Assembly (NCBI RefSeq): GCF_024502345.1
Contig: NZ_JALDNN010000001.1
DNA: 64,000 nt
From: Escherichia coli
GTDB lineage: Bacteria; Pseudomonadota; Gammaproteobacteria; Enterobacterales; Enterobacteriaceae
Strand: one strand, 5' to 3'
Position 1 is the first letter of the stretch, and every line of letters starts with the position of its first letter. The notes below the pieces were generated by a model, which ran no database searches, had not been told where the DNA came from, and worked only from the letters and a program-made list of their open reading frames with translations. Shown one piece after another: positions 35,206 to 46,127 of this stretch. Position numbers and translations under genes: made by a program.

Positions 35206-36789
35206 ATGAATTTAACCCTCAAAGAATCGCTTGTTACCCGTAGCCGGGTATTTAGCCCGTGGACTGCGTTCTACTTTTTACAGTCGCTATTAATTAACCT
35301 CGGCTTAGGTTACCCCTTCAGTTTGCTCTACACCGCTGCGTTTACGGCTATTTTGCTTTTGCTATGGCGAACATTGCCTCGCGTACAAAAAGTTCTGGTC
35401 GGTGTCAGTTCGCTGGTGGCGGCTTGTTATTTCCCTTTTGCTCAGGCCTACGGCGCGCCTAATTTCAATACATTGCTGGCATTGCACTCCACCAATATGG
35501 AAGAGTCGACCGAAATCCTGACGATTTTTCCGTGGTACAGCTACCTGGTCGGCTTATTTATTTTTGCGCTCGGCGTAATAGCAATCAGGCGAAAAAAAGA
35601 GAATGAAAAAGCGCGCTGGAATACCTTCGACAGCCTGTGTCTGGTATTCAGTGTGGCGACATTTTTTGTTGCTCCCGTGCAAAACCTGGCCTGGGGTGGC
35701 GTATTTAAACTGAAAGATACTGGCTATCCGGTATTTCGTTTTGCTAAGGATGTCATCGTCAATAATAACGAGGTGATTGAAGAGCAAGAACGGATGGCAA
35801 AACTTTCCGGAATGAAAGATACCTGGACGGTCACTGCCGTTAAGCCGAAGTATCAGACCTATGTGGTGGTGATCGGTGAAAGCGCGCGTCGCGATGCCCT
35901 CGGTGCCTTTGGCGGTCACTGGGACAATACCCCGTTTGCCAGCAGCGTTAACGGTTTGATATTTGCTGACTACATTGCCGCCAGTGGCTCCACGCAGAAA
36001 TCGCTTGGCTTAACGCTCAATCGCGTAGTCGATGGCAAACCACAGTTTCAGGATAACTTTGTCACCCTGGCAAATCGCGCGGGCTTCCAGACCTGGTGGT
36101 TTTCCAACCAGGGCCAAATCGGCGAATACGATACTGCTATCGCCAGCATCGCCAAACGTGCAGATGAAGTGTACTTCCTGAAAGAAGGTAATTTTGAAGC
36201 AGATAAAAACACGAAAGACGAAGCGTTACTGGATATGACCGCTCAAGTGCTGGCGCAAGAGCACTCGCAACCGCAGCTGATTGTTCTGCATCTGATGGGC
36301 TCGCATCCGCAGGCCTGCGACAGGACACAAGGCAAATACGAAACCTTTGTGCAATCGAAAGAAACGTCGTGCTATCTCTATACCATGACGCAAACGGACG
36401 ATTTACTGCGCAAGCTGTACGATCAGTTACGCAACAGCGGCAGCAGCTTCTCGCTGGTTTACTTTTCTGACCACGGTCTGGCCTTTAAAGAGCGCGGCAA
36501 AGACGTGCAATACCTTGCCCATGATGATAAATATCAGCAAAATTTCCAGGTGCCTTTTATGGTCATTTCCAGCGACGATAAAGCGCATCGTGTGATTAAA
36601 GCCCGCCGCTCAGCCAATGACTTCTTAGGCTTTTTCTCCCAGTGGACGGGAATTAAAGCGAAGGAAATTAACATCAAATACCCGTTTATATCTGAGAAGA
36701 AAGCCGGGCCGATATACATCACCAACTTCCAGTTACAGAAGGTGGATTACAACCATCTCGGAACCGATATTTTCGACCCGAAACCTTAA
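35206..36789 (+). CDS. opgE: phosphoethanolamine transferase OpgE (YbiP)
   Basis: 527-aa ORF, N-terminal TM helices and C-terminal sulfatase-like domain. Confidence 0.9.
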   Translation: MNLTLKESLVTRSRVFSPWTAFYFLQSLLINLGLGYPFSLLYTAAFTAILLLLWRTLPRVQKVLVGVSSLVAACYFPFAQAYGAPNFNTLLALHSTNMEESTEILTIFPWYSYLVGLFIFALGVIAIRRKKENEKARWNTFDSLCLVFSVATFFVAPVQNLAWGGVFKLKDTGYPVFRFAKDVIVNNNEVIEEQERMAKLSGMKDTWTVTAVKPKYQTYVVVIGESARRDALGAFGGHWDNTPFASSVNGLIFADYIAASGSTQKSLGLTLNRVVDGKPQFQDNFVTLANRAGFQTWWFSNQGQIGEYDTAIASIAKRADEVYFLKEGNFEADKNTKDEALLDMTAQVLAQEHSQPQLIVLHLMGSHPQACDRTQGKYETFVQSKETSCYLYTMTQTDDLLRKLYDQLRNSGSSFSLVYFSDHGLAFKERGKDVQYLAHDDKYQQNFQVPFMVISSDDKAHRVIKARRSANDFLGFFSQWTGIKAKEINIKYPFISEKKAGPIYITNFQLQKVDYNHLGTDIFDPKP

Positions 36790-36792
36790 AAC

Positions 36793-36823
36793 AAAAAATC
36801 CGCCCCGAGAGGCGGATTTTTTA
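36793..36823. terminator. bidirectional rho-independent terminator between opgE and ompX
   Basis: aatccgcc...ggcggatt hairpin flanked by A6 and T6 runs. Confidence 0.7.
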
Positions 36824-36837
36824 TATCACCAAAGTGA

Positions 36838-37353
36838 TTAGAAGCGGTAACCAACACCGGCAATCCAGGTGCCTACGTCAACGCTACGAATACGGCTCTG
36901 CTCGTAAGAGAAGTCCAGAGCAACGTTTTCCATCGGGTTGAACTGCAGACCAGCACCGTAGGAGAAACCGTAGTCGCTGGTGTCGTGTTTGTAGGTCGGG
37001 TATTCAGTGGTCTGGAATTTACCATAACCCACACCCACTACACCGTAGATGCTTGCCCAGTCGTTAATGCGGTAAGCCGGACCAGCAGTGATGCCGTAGT
37101 ACTGGTTTTTGTTGTAGTCACCAGAGCTTGCAGTACGGCTTTTCTCGGTGTAAGTGAAAGAACCGATCACACCCAGCGGGCTGTTGTCTTCTTCATAGCG
37201 GTATTTCAGGTTGAAACCGCCCATTTTGTTCATTTGGCCCTGAGCGTCGCTCTGTGCGTAACCGCCAGTTACGGTAGAAGTCGCAGCTACGGAAGTACCT
37301 GCGGTGAAAGCCAGAACTGCGGCCAGTGCTGAAAGACATGCAATTTTTTTCAT
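36838..37353 (-). CDS. ompX: outer membrane protein OmpX
   Basis: 171 aa from ATG at 37353; signal peptide and 8-strand beta-barrel ending in aromatic residue. Confidence 0.93.
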   Translation of the reverse strand: MKKIACLSALAAVLAFTAGTSVAATSTVTGGYAQSDAQGQMNKMGGFNLKYRYEEDNSPLGVIGSFTYTEKSRTASSGDYNKNQYYGITAGPAYRINDWASIYGVVGVGYGKFQTTEYPTYKHDTSDYGFSYGAGLQFNPMENVALDFSYEQSRIRSVDVGTWIAGVGYRF

Positions 37354-37705
37354 AACCACCTCAAATGTGATTCAAATAAGTCCTAAGTTTTAAATATATC
37401 AAAAATTAATGGGAAACTCTTCGCGATTTGTGATGTCTAACGGGCCATTTCATGTAACAGAACGTTTCCATACACCGCTATCCATCTAAATTTAAATCAC
37501 TTTTTCAGAGAACTGCGTAAGTATTACGCATGTTTTCCCTGTCATTCATCCAGATTATTCCTAATCACCAGACTAATGATTCCATCAATCCTGGCGCATT
37601 TTAGTCAAAACGGGGGAAAATTTTTTCAACAAATGCTCAACCAGCATTGGGTATATCCAGTACACTCCACGCTTTACTTAAGTCTAGATATTTGTGGGAG
37701 AAAGG

Positions 37706-38593
37706 ATGCCTGGTTCATTACGTAAAATGCCGGTCTGGTTACCAATAGTCATATTGCTCGTTGCCATGGCGTCTATTCAGGGTGGAGCCTCGTTAGCTAA
37801 GTCACTTTTTCCTCTGGTGGGCGCACCGGGTGTCACTGCGCTGCGTCTGGCATTAGGAACGCTGATCCTCATCGCGTTCTTTAAGCCATGGCGACTGCGC
37901 TTTGCCAAAGAGCAACGGTTACCGCTGTTGTTTTACGGCGTTTCGCTGGGTGGGATGAATTATCTTTTTTATCTTTCTATTCAGACAGTACCGCTGGGTA
38001 TTGCGGTGGCGCTGGAGTTCACCGGACCACTGGCGGTGGCGCTGTTCTCTTCTCGTCGCCCGGTAGATTTCGTCTGGGTTGTGCTGGCGGTTCTTGGTCT
38101 GTGGTTCCTGCTACCGCTGGGGCAAGACGTTTCCCATGTCGATTTAACCGGCTGTGCGCTGGCACTGGGGGCCGGGGCTTGTTGGGCTATTTACATTTTA
38201 AGTGGGCAACGCGCAGGAGCGGAACATGGCCCTGCGACGGTGGCAATTGGTTCGTTGATTGCAGCGTTAATTTTCGTGCCAATTGGAGCGCTTCAGGCTG
38301 GTGAAGCACTCTGGCACTGGTCGGTTATTCCATTGGGTCTGGCTGTCGCTATTCTCTCGACCGCTCTGCCTTATTCGCTGGAAATGATTGCCCTCACCCG
38401 TTTGCCAACACGGACATTTGGTACGCTGATGAGCATGGAACCGGCGCTGGCTGCCGTTTCCGGGATGATTTTCCTCGGAGAAACACTGACACCCATACAG
38501 CTGCTGGCGCTCGGCGCTATCATCGCCGCTTCAATGGGGTCTACGCTGACAGTACGCAAAGAGAGCAAAATAAAAGAATTAGACATTAATTAA
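37706..38593 (+). CDS. rhtA: threonine/homoserine exporter RhtA (DMT/EamA family)
   Basis: 295 aa from ATG 37706 (track starts at upstream GTG). Confidence 0.9.
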   Translation: MPGSLRKMPVWLPIVILLVAMASIQGGASLAKSLFPLVGAPGVTALRLALGTLILIAFFKPWRLRFAKEQRLPLLFYGVSLGGMNYLFYLSIQTVPLGIAVALEFTGPLAVALFSSRRPVDFVWVVLAVLGLWFLLPLGQDVSHVDLTGCALALGAGACWAIYILSGQRAGAEHGPATVAIGSLIAALIFVPIGALQAGEALWHWSVIPLGLAVAILSTALPYSLEMIALTRLPTRTFGTLMSMEPALAAVSGMIFLGETLTPIQLLALGAIIAASMGSTLTVRKESKIKELDIN

Positions 38594-38602
38594 ATTTACA
38601 TT

Positions 38603-38630
38603 TCTGCATGGTTATGCATAACCATGCAGA
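38603..38630. terminator. 28-bp perfect palindrome downstream of rhtA (probable terminator)
   Basis: tctgcatggttatgcataaccatgcaga is its own reverse complement. Confidence 0.5.
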
Positions 38631-38747
38631 ATTTCTCGCTACTTTTCCTCTACACCGTCTTTATATATCGAATTATGCAAAAGCATATTTATTCCGAAAA
38701 TTCCTGGCGAGCAGATAAATAAGAATTGTTCTTATCAATATATCTAA

Positions 38748-39395
<648 letters not shown>

Positions 39396-39434
39396 ATCCA
39401 TCGCTGATGGTGCAGAACTTTAGTACCCGATAAA

Positions 39435-39467
39435 AGCGGCTTCCTGACAGGAGGCCGTTTTGTTTTG
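39435..39467 (+). terminator. rho-independent terminator of dps
   Basis: cggcttcct...aggaggccg hairpin then ttttgtttt. Confidence 0.65.
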
Positions 39468-39610
39468 CAGCCCACCGCAACGCACTTATTTAGTGCATCC
39501 ATCTGCTATCTCCAGCTGATTAAGTAAATTTTTTGTATCCACATCATCACACAATCGTTACATAAAGATTGTTTTTTCATCAGGTTTTACGCTAAATAAT
39601 CACTGTGTTG

Positions 39611-39656
39611 AGTGCACAATTTTAGCGCACCAGATTGGTGCCCCAGAATGGTGCAT
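39611..39656. promoter_or_regulatory. NtrC (NRI) binding-site cluster upstream of glnH
   Basis: overlapping near-palindromes tgcac...gcgcaccagattggtgc...cagaatggtgca resembling TGCACC-N5-GGTGCA. Confidence 0.55.
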
Positions 39657-39728
39657 CTTCAGGGTATTGCCCTATAAATCGTGCATCACGTTTTTGCCGC
39701 ATCTCGAAAAATCAAGGAGTTGCAAAAC

Positions 39729-39744
39729 TGGCGCGATTTTTTCA
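39729..39744 (+). promoter_or_regulatory. sigma-54-type promoter (glnHp2-like), -24/-12 elements
   Basis: TGGCGCGATTTTTTCA matches TGGCAC-N5-TTGCA with GG conserved and a weak -12 (TC); 55 nt upstream of glnH ATG. Confidence 0.5.
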
Positions 39745-39783
39745 TATATGTGAATGTCACGCAGGGGATCGTCCCGTGGATAG

Positions 39784-40545
<762 letters not shown>

Positions 40546-40574
40546 TAACGCTACACCTGTAAAACGCACTGGCA

Positions 40575-40640
40575 GTTCCCTCTCCCCTATGGGGAGAGGA
40601 TTAGGGTGAGGGGCGCAAACCCGCTCCGGGGCCATTAATT
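40575..40640. repeat. GC-rich boxC-like intergenic repeat between glnH and glnP
   Basis: ccctctcccctatggggagagg hairpin followed by attagggtgaggggcgcaaacccgctccggggcc; resembles the E. coli boxC family as I recall it. Confidence 0.5.
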
Positions 40641-40683
40641 ACCCTGAATTTGATTATTTACACCACGGTAACAGGAACAACAT

Positions 40684-41343
40684 ATGCAGTTTGACTGGAG
40701 TGCCATCTGGCCTGCCATTCCGCTTCTGATTGAAGGTGCCAAAATGACCCTGTGGATTTCGGTCCTCGGTCTGGCAGGCGGTCTGGTAATCGGATTGCTG
40801 GCAGGTTTTGCACGCACCTTCGGAGGTTGGATAGCCAACCACGTCGCGCTGGTCTTTATTGAAGTGATCCGCGGCACACCTATCGTCGTCCAGGTGATGT
40901 TTATTTATTTCGCCCTGCCGATGGCGTTTAACGACTTACGCATCGACCCATTTACTGCGGCGGTGGTCACCATCATGATCAACTCCGGCGCGTATATTGC
41001 GGAAATCACGCGTGGTGCGGTGCTGTCTATTCACAAAGGTTTTCGTGAAGCAGGACTGGCGCTCGGTCTTTCACGTTGGGAAACCATTCGCTACGTCATT
41101 TTACCGCTGGCACTGCGTCGTATGCTGCCGCCGCTGGGTAACCAGTGGATCATCAGCATTAAAGACACCTCGCTGTTTATTGTGATCGGCGTGGCGGAAC
41201 TGACCCGTCAGGGGCAAGAAATTATTGCCGGTAACTTCCGCGCCCTTGAGATCTGGAGCGCCGTGGCGGTGCTCTATCTGATTATTACCCTGGTGCTGAG
41301 CTTTATTCTGCGTCGTCTGGAAAGAAGGATGAAAATCCTGTGA
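40684..41343 (+). CDS. glnP: glutamine ABC transporter permease GlnP
   Basis: 219-aa ORF. Confidence 0.93.
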   Translation: MQFDWSAIWPAIPLLIEGAKMTLWISVLGLAGGLVIGLLAGFARTFGGWIANHVALVFIEVIRGTPIVVQVMFIYFALPMAFNDLRIDPFTAAVVTIMINSGAYIAEITRGAVLSIHKGFREAGLALGLSRWETIRYVILPLALRRMLPPLGNQWIISIKDTSLFIVIGVAELTRQGQEIIAGNFRALEIWSAVAVLYLIITLVLSFILRRLERRMKIL

Positions 41344-42062
41344 TTGAATTTAAAAACGTCTCCAAGCACTTTGGCCCAACCCAGGTGCTGCACAATATCG
41401 ATTTGAACATTGCCCAGGGCGAAGTCGTGGTGATTATCGGGCCGTCCGGTTCCGGTAAATCGACCCTGCTGCGCTGCATCAACAAACTGGAAGAAATCAC
41501 CTCCGGCGATCTGATTGTCGATGGCCTGAAGGTTAACGATCCGAAAGTTGACGAGCGCCTGATTCGCCAGGAAGCAGGTATGGTGTTCCAGCAGTTTTAC
41601 CTCTTCCCGCATCTGACGGCGCTGGAAAACGTCATGTTTGGTCCGCTACGCGTGCGTGGCGCGAACAAAGAAGAGGCGGAAAAACTGGCGCGTGAGCTGC
41701 TGGCGAAAGTCGGTCTGGCAGAACGTGCACATCACTACCCTTCCGAACTTTCTGGTGGTCAACAGCAGCGTGTGGCGATTGCCCGCGCGCTGGCGGTGAA
41801 GCCGAAAATGATGCTGTTTGATGAACCGACTTCCGCTCTTGACCCGGAACTGCGCCATGAAGTGCTGAAGGTTATGCAGGATCTGGCTGAAGAAGGGATG
41901 ACGATGGTGATCGTGACCCACGAAATCGGTTTTGCCGAGAAAGTAGCTTCGCGGCTGATCTTTATCGACAAAGGCCGGATTGCGGAAGATGGCGATCCGC
42001 AGGTATTGATCAAGAACCCGCCGAGCCAGCGCTTGCAGGAATTTTTGCAGCACGTCTCTTAA
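41340..42062 (+). CDS. glnQ: glutamine ABC transporter ATP-binding protein GlnQ
   Basis: 240-aa ORF, GTG start overlapping glnP stop; Walker [10 protein letters not shown]. Confidence 0.92.
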   Translation: MIEFKNVSKHFGPTQVLHNIDLNIAQGEVVVIIGPSGSGKSTLLRCINKLEEITSGDLIVDGLKVNDPKVDERLIRQEAGMVFQQFYLFPHLTALENVMFGPLRVRGANKEEAEKLARELLAKVGLAERAHHYPSELSGGQQQRVAIARALAVKPKMMLFDEPTSALDPELRHEVLKVMQDLAEEGMTMVIVTHEIGFAEKVASRLIFIDKGRIAEDGDPQVLIKNPPSQRLQEFLQHVS

Positions 42063-42178
42063 CTTCTCTGCCTCCCTTTCACCCGAAAGGGAGGCACACC
42101 AGATTCCTCTCATTTAAAATCGCCCCTCCCCCAGCATCTATACTTATCTTTTTGCTCTGTTTTCTCACTGGAGGAGTC

Positions 42179-44404
42179 ATGCGGTGGATCCTGTTCATCC
42201 TCTTCTGCCTGCTGGGCGCACCTGCCCACGCGGTATCCATACCCGGCGTTACAACCACAACGACAACGGACTCAACGACTGAACCGGCCCCGGAACCGGA
42301 TATCGAACAAAAAAAAGCGGCCTATGGCGCACTGGCGGATGTGCTGGATAACGACACCTCGCGTAAAGAATTGATCGACCAGTTGCGTACTGTCGCCGCG
42401 ACGCCCCCTGCGGAACCGGTCCCGAAGATCGTGCCGCCGACGCTGGTTGAAGAGCAAACCGTGCTGCAAAAGGTCACCGAAGTCAGCCGCCATTATGGTG
42501 AAGCCCTTTCCGCCCGCTTCGGGCAACTTTATCGCAATATCACCGGCTCCCCGCATAAGCCATTTAATCCACAAACCTTCAGCAATGCGCTGAGCCATTT
42601 TTCAATGTTAGCGGTATTAGTGTTTGGTTTTTACTGGCTGATTCGCCTGTGCGCACTGCCGCTGTATCGCAAAATGGGTCAGTGGGCGAGGCAAAAAAAT
42701 CGTGAGCGCAGCAACTGGTTGCAGCTTCCGGCGATGATTATCGGGGCGTTTATTATCGACCTGCTGTTACTGGCCCTGACATTATTTGTCGGCCAGGTAT
42801 TAAGCGACAACCTGAATGCAGGCAGTCGCACCATCGCTTTCCAACAAAGTTTGTTTCTCAATGCCTTTGCCCTGATTGAATTTTTCAAAGCCGTACTACG
42901 CCTGATTTTTTGCCCAAACGTGGCGGAGCTGCGTCCGTTCACGATTCAGGACGAGAGCGCCCGTTACTGGAGTCGTCGCCTGAGCTGGTTAAGCAGTTTG
43001 ATAGGTTATGGCCTGATTGTGGCCGTGCCGATTATCTCTAATCAGGTGAATGTACAGATAGGTGCGCTGGCGAACGTCATCATTATGCTGTGCATGACCG
43101 TCTGGGCGTTGTACCTGATCTTTCGTAATAAAAAAGAGATTACCCAGCATTTGCTCAACTTTGCGGAGCATTCGCTGGCCTTTTTCAGCCTGTTTATCCG
43201 CGCCTTTGCGCTGGTGTGGCACTGGCTGGCAAGCGCCTATTTTATCGTGCTGTTTTTCTTTTCGTTGTTCGATCCGGGCAACAGTCTGAAATTTATGATG
43301 GGTGCAACGGTGCGCAGCCTGGCGATTATTGGTATCGCAGCGTTTGTTTCCGGTATGTTTTCCCGCTGGCTGGCGAAAACCATCACCCTCTCGCCACATA
43401 CTCAGCGTAACTATCCGGAGCTACAAAAACGGCTGAATGGCTGGCTTTCGGCGGCGCTGAAAACGGCGCGTATTCTGACCGTCTGCGTGGCAGTAATGTT
43501 GCTGTTGAGCGCATGGGGATTGTTCGATTTCTGGAACTGGCTGCAAAACGGCGCGGGGCAGAAAACCGTAGATATCCTGATCCGCATCGCACTCATTCTT
43601 TTCTTCTCGGCGGTTGGCTGGACGGTGCTCGCCAGTTTGATCGAAAACCGGCTGGCTTCGGATATTCATGGCCGCCCGCTACCCAGCGCCCGTACGCGTA
43701 CCCTGCTGACGCTGTTTCGTAACGCGCTGGCGGTGATTATCAGTACCATCACCATCATGATTGTGTTGTCGGAAATCGGCGTCAATATCGCGCCATTGCT
43801 GGCAGGTGCCGGGGCATTAGGTCTGGCTATCTCGTTTGGTTCGCAAACGCTGGTGAAAGATATCATTACCGGGGTGTTTATTCAGTTTGAAAACGGCATG
43901 AACACTGGAGATTTGGTGACTATCGGGCCGTTGACCGGCACAGTGGAACGGATGTCGATTCGCTCCGTGGGCGTGCGCCAGGATACCGGGGCGTATCACA
44001 TCATTCCGTGGTCTTCGATAACCACCTTTGCTAACTTCGTCCGCGGTATTGGTTCGGTAGTGGCAAACTACGATGTTGATCGCCATGAAGATGCTGATAA
44101 AGCCAATCAGGCACTGAAAGATGCGGTAGCGGAATTGATGGAAAACGAAGAAATTCGCGGGCTGATTATTGGTGAACCGAATTTTGCCGGGATTGTCGGC
44201 TTAAGCAATACCGCGTTTACACTGCGTGTTTCGTTCACCACGCTGCCACTCAAACAGTGGACGGTACGCTTTGCCCTCGACAGCCAGGTGAAAAAACATT
44301 TCGACCTGGCGGGCGTTCGCGCGCCAGTGCAGACTTATCAGGTGCTGCCTGCTCCGGGCGCGACCCCGGCTGAACCGCCGCCGCCGGGGGAGCCAACGCT
44401 TTAA
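42179..44404 (+). CDS. ybiO: mechanosensitive channel YbiO (MscS family)
   Basis: 741 aa from ATG 42179; signal peptide, multiple TM helices, MscS-like C-terminal domain. Confidence 0.9.
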   Translation: MRWILFILFCLLGAPAHAVSIPGVTTTTTTDSTTEPAPEPDIEQKKAAYGALADVLDNDTSRKELIDQLRTVAATPPAEPVPKIVPPTLVEEQTVLQKVTEVSRHYGEALSARFGQLYRNITGSPHKPFNPQTFSNALSHFSMLAVLVFGFYWLIRLCALPLYRKMGQWARQKNRERSNWLQLPAMIIGAFIIDLLLLALTLFVGQVLSDNLNAGSRTIAFQQSLFLNAFALIEFFKAVLRLIFCPNVAELRPFTIQDESARYWSRRLSWLSSLIGYGLIVAVPIISNQVNVQIGALANVIIMLCMTVWALYLIFRNKKEITQHLLNFAEHSLAFFSLFIRAFALVWHWLASAYFIVLFFFSLFDPGNSLKFMMGATVRSLAIIGIAAFVSGMFSRWLAKTITLSPHTQRNYPELQKRLNGWLSAALKTARILTVCVAVMLLLSAWGLFDFWNWLQNGAGQKTVDILIRIALILFFSAVGWTVLASLIENRLASDIHGRPLPSARTRTLLTLFRNALAVIISTITIMIVLSEIGVNIAPLLAGAGALGLAISFGSQTLVKDIITGVFIQFENGMNTGDLVTIGPLTGTVERMSIRSVGVRQDTGAYHIIPWSSITTFANFVRGIGSVVANYDVDRHEDADKANQALKDAVAELMENEEIRGLIIGEPNFAGIVGLSNTAFTLRVSFTTLPLKQWTVRFALDSQVKKHFDLAGVRAPVQTYQVLPAPGATPAEPPPPGEPTL

Positions 44405-45327
44405 CGTTGGCGATTAACAAAACGGCGGCGCTGCTCGTCGTTCATAAAGGTCCAGGCAATAAAGCGACTCTGCTTTTGCCCCTGGGCCATCTCTTTTTTT
44501 ACCACCTTCACCGCGCCCACGTCGGTCAGAGCACGATACAACGGCGGTAAGTTTTCACCACGAGATACCAGCGAGGTAAACCACATCACCTGCTTCGCGA
44601 AGCCTTTGCTCTCTTCAATCATCTTTTTGATAAAGTTGACTTCACCGCCTTCACACCACAACTCCTGTTGCTGACCACCAAAGTTCAGTGCATCGTCTTT
44701 GTTCAGCCCCAGGTTACGGCGTTTACGCTCACTACCTGCCCGCGCCGCAGCGGCGGAATCGTGGAATGGCGGGTTACACAAGGTCGCGTCGTATTGCTCG
44801 TTTTTGTGGATGATGCCGTTAAAAATCGCCCCACTCTCTTTTTGCCGACGCAGACGAATGGCGCGGTTAAGCCCCGGATTAGCACTGATAATCGCCTGCG
44901 CACTGCTTAACGCCTGGCTGCTGGTTTCACTACCGGTAAAACGCCAGCCATATTCATGTACGCCAATCAGCGGATAAATACAGTTCGCACCAACGCCGAT
45001 ATCCAGAATGCTGGCATTCGCTGGAATTGTTCCGCTTGCTTCAGCCAGTAAATCGGCAAGGTGATGAATATAATCCGCCCGGCCCGGTACTGGTGGGCAG
45101 AGAAAACCGTCGGGGATATCCCAGTTCGCTACGGCGTAAAAATGGGCCAGCAACGCCTTATTGAGCGCCTTCACCGCCAGCGGATTGGCAAAGTCTACGC
45201 TTTGCTCCCCTGCGGGTGTAAGCGTGAGGAATTGCCTGAGTTCAGGATTGACCTGACAAAGCGTGGCGAGATCGTAGCGGCTGTGATGACGGTTGCGCGG
45301 ATGCAACCCCGGTTTCTGGGCGGACAT
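44401..45327 (-). CDS. rlmF: 23S rRNA m6A1618 methyltransferase RlmF (YbiN)
   Basis: 308 aa from ATG at 45327; SAM-MTase with NPPF motif; stop overlaps ybiO stop. Confidence 0.9.
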   Translation of the reverse strand: MSAQKPGLHPRNRHHSRYDLATLCQVNPELRQFLTLTPAGEQSVDFANPLAVKALNKALLAHFYAVANWDIPDGFLCPPVPGRADYIHHLADLLAEASGTIPANASILDIGVGANCIYPLIGVHEYGWRFTGSETSSQALSSAQAIISANPGLNRAIRLRRQKESGAIFNGIIHKNEQYDATLCNPPFHDSAAAARAGSERKRRNLGLNKDDALNFGGQQQELWCEGGEVNFIKKMIEESKGFAKQVMWFTSLVSRGENLPPLYRALTDVGAVKVVKKEMAQGQKQSRFIAWTFMNDEQRRRFVNRQR

Positions 45328-45602
45328 AGCATTCTCCTTTAAGCAGCGGCGTAAGATACCCGCATAACGCGACAGGGTAAATATCTGGCTGCGTTTATCA
45401 TTCCCCAAAACCTTAACATGGCTATGGTTTATGGCAATTCATCATAAAAATCAGCATTATGCATGTCATTGATTTGTCTTATTTTGTAAAAATATATCGT
45501 TCAAAAAATAAGCACATCTCTGTCAATTTTTTGCGTCATTTTCATCGCCCAGGCGACCTACACTTATCAGGCACTACCCGTTGTATTTATGAGGATGTCA
45601 TT

Positions 45603-45863
45603 ATGAAAAAGTGCCTCACACTACTGATTGCCACCGTCCTGAGCGGAATCTCTCTCACGGCTTATGCCGCGCAACCGATGAGTAACCTGGACAGCGGTCA
45701 GCTACGGCCCGCCGGTACCGTTTCGGCAACTGGCGCATCAAACCTAAGCGATCTGGAGGATAAACTGGCAGAAAAAGCGCGCGAGCAAGGCGCGAAAGGT
45801 TATGTCATTAATTCCGCAGGCGGAAATGACCAGATGTTCGGTACTGCAACCATCTACAAATAA
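45603..45863 (+). CDS. mcbA: DUF1471 (YdgH/BhsA/McbA family) small periplasmic protein McbA (YbiM)
   Basis: 86 aa from ATG 45603 (track ORF extended by 48 codons); signal peptide; paralog of ybiJ. Confidence 0.85.
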   Translation: MKKCLTLLIATVLSGISLTAYAAQPMSNLDSGQLRPAGTVSATGASNLSDLEDKLAEKAREQGAKGYVINSAGGNDQMFGTATIYK

Positions 45864-45875
45864 CCCCACCAACGT

Positions 45876-45905
45876 AACTGCATTCGCCTCTGGATGCAGT
45901 TTTCG
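45876..45905 (+). terminator. stem-loop after mcbA
   Basis: actgcat...atgcagt then T-rich tract. Confidence 0.45.
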
Positions 45906-45996
45906 CCTGTTTTGTAATCAAAAAACATCAAATATGAACGCAATGTAAATAAATGTATTTCTTTTTCGCGCAATGGGTGATAGAAAATCGCGCCAA

Positions 45997-46028
45997 GTGA
46001 TAATGCTTATCAAAATTATTATCACTTG
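45997..46028. promoter_or_regulatory. Fur box upstream of fiu
   Basis: GATAATGCTTATCAAAATTATTATCA resembles the GATAATGATAATCATTATC consensus. Confidence 0.7.
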
Positions 46029-46127
46029 CACGAACACTATCACGAGATTAACAGTGGCATCGCATCCGCAGAGAGGCTTTCTCGTGGCAGTGAAAATTTC
46101 AACATATAAAAAAAAGTCACCTGCAAA

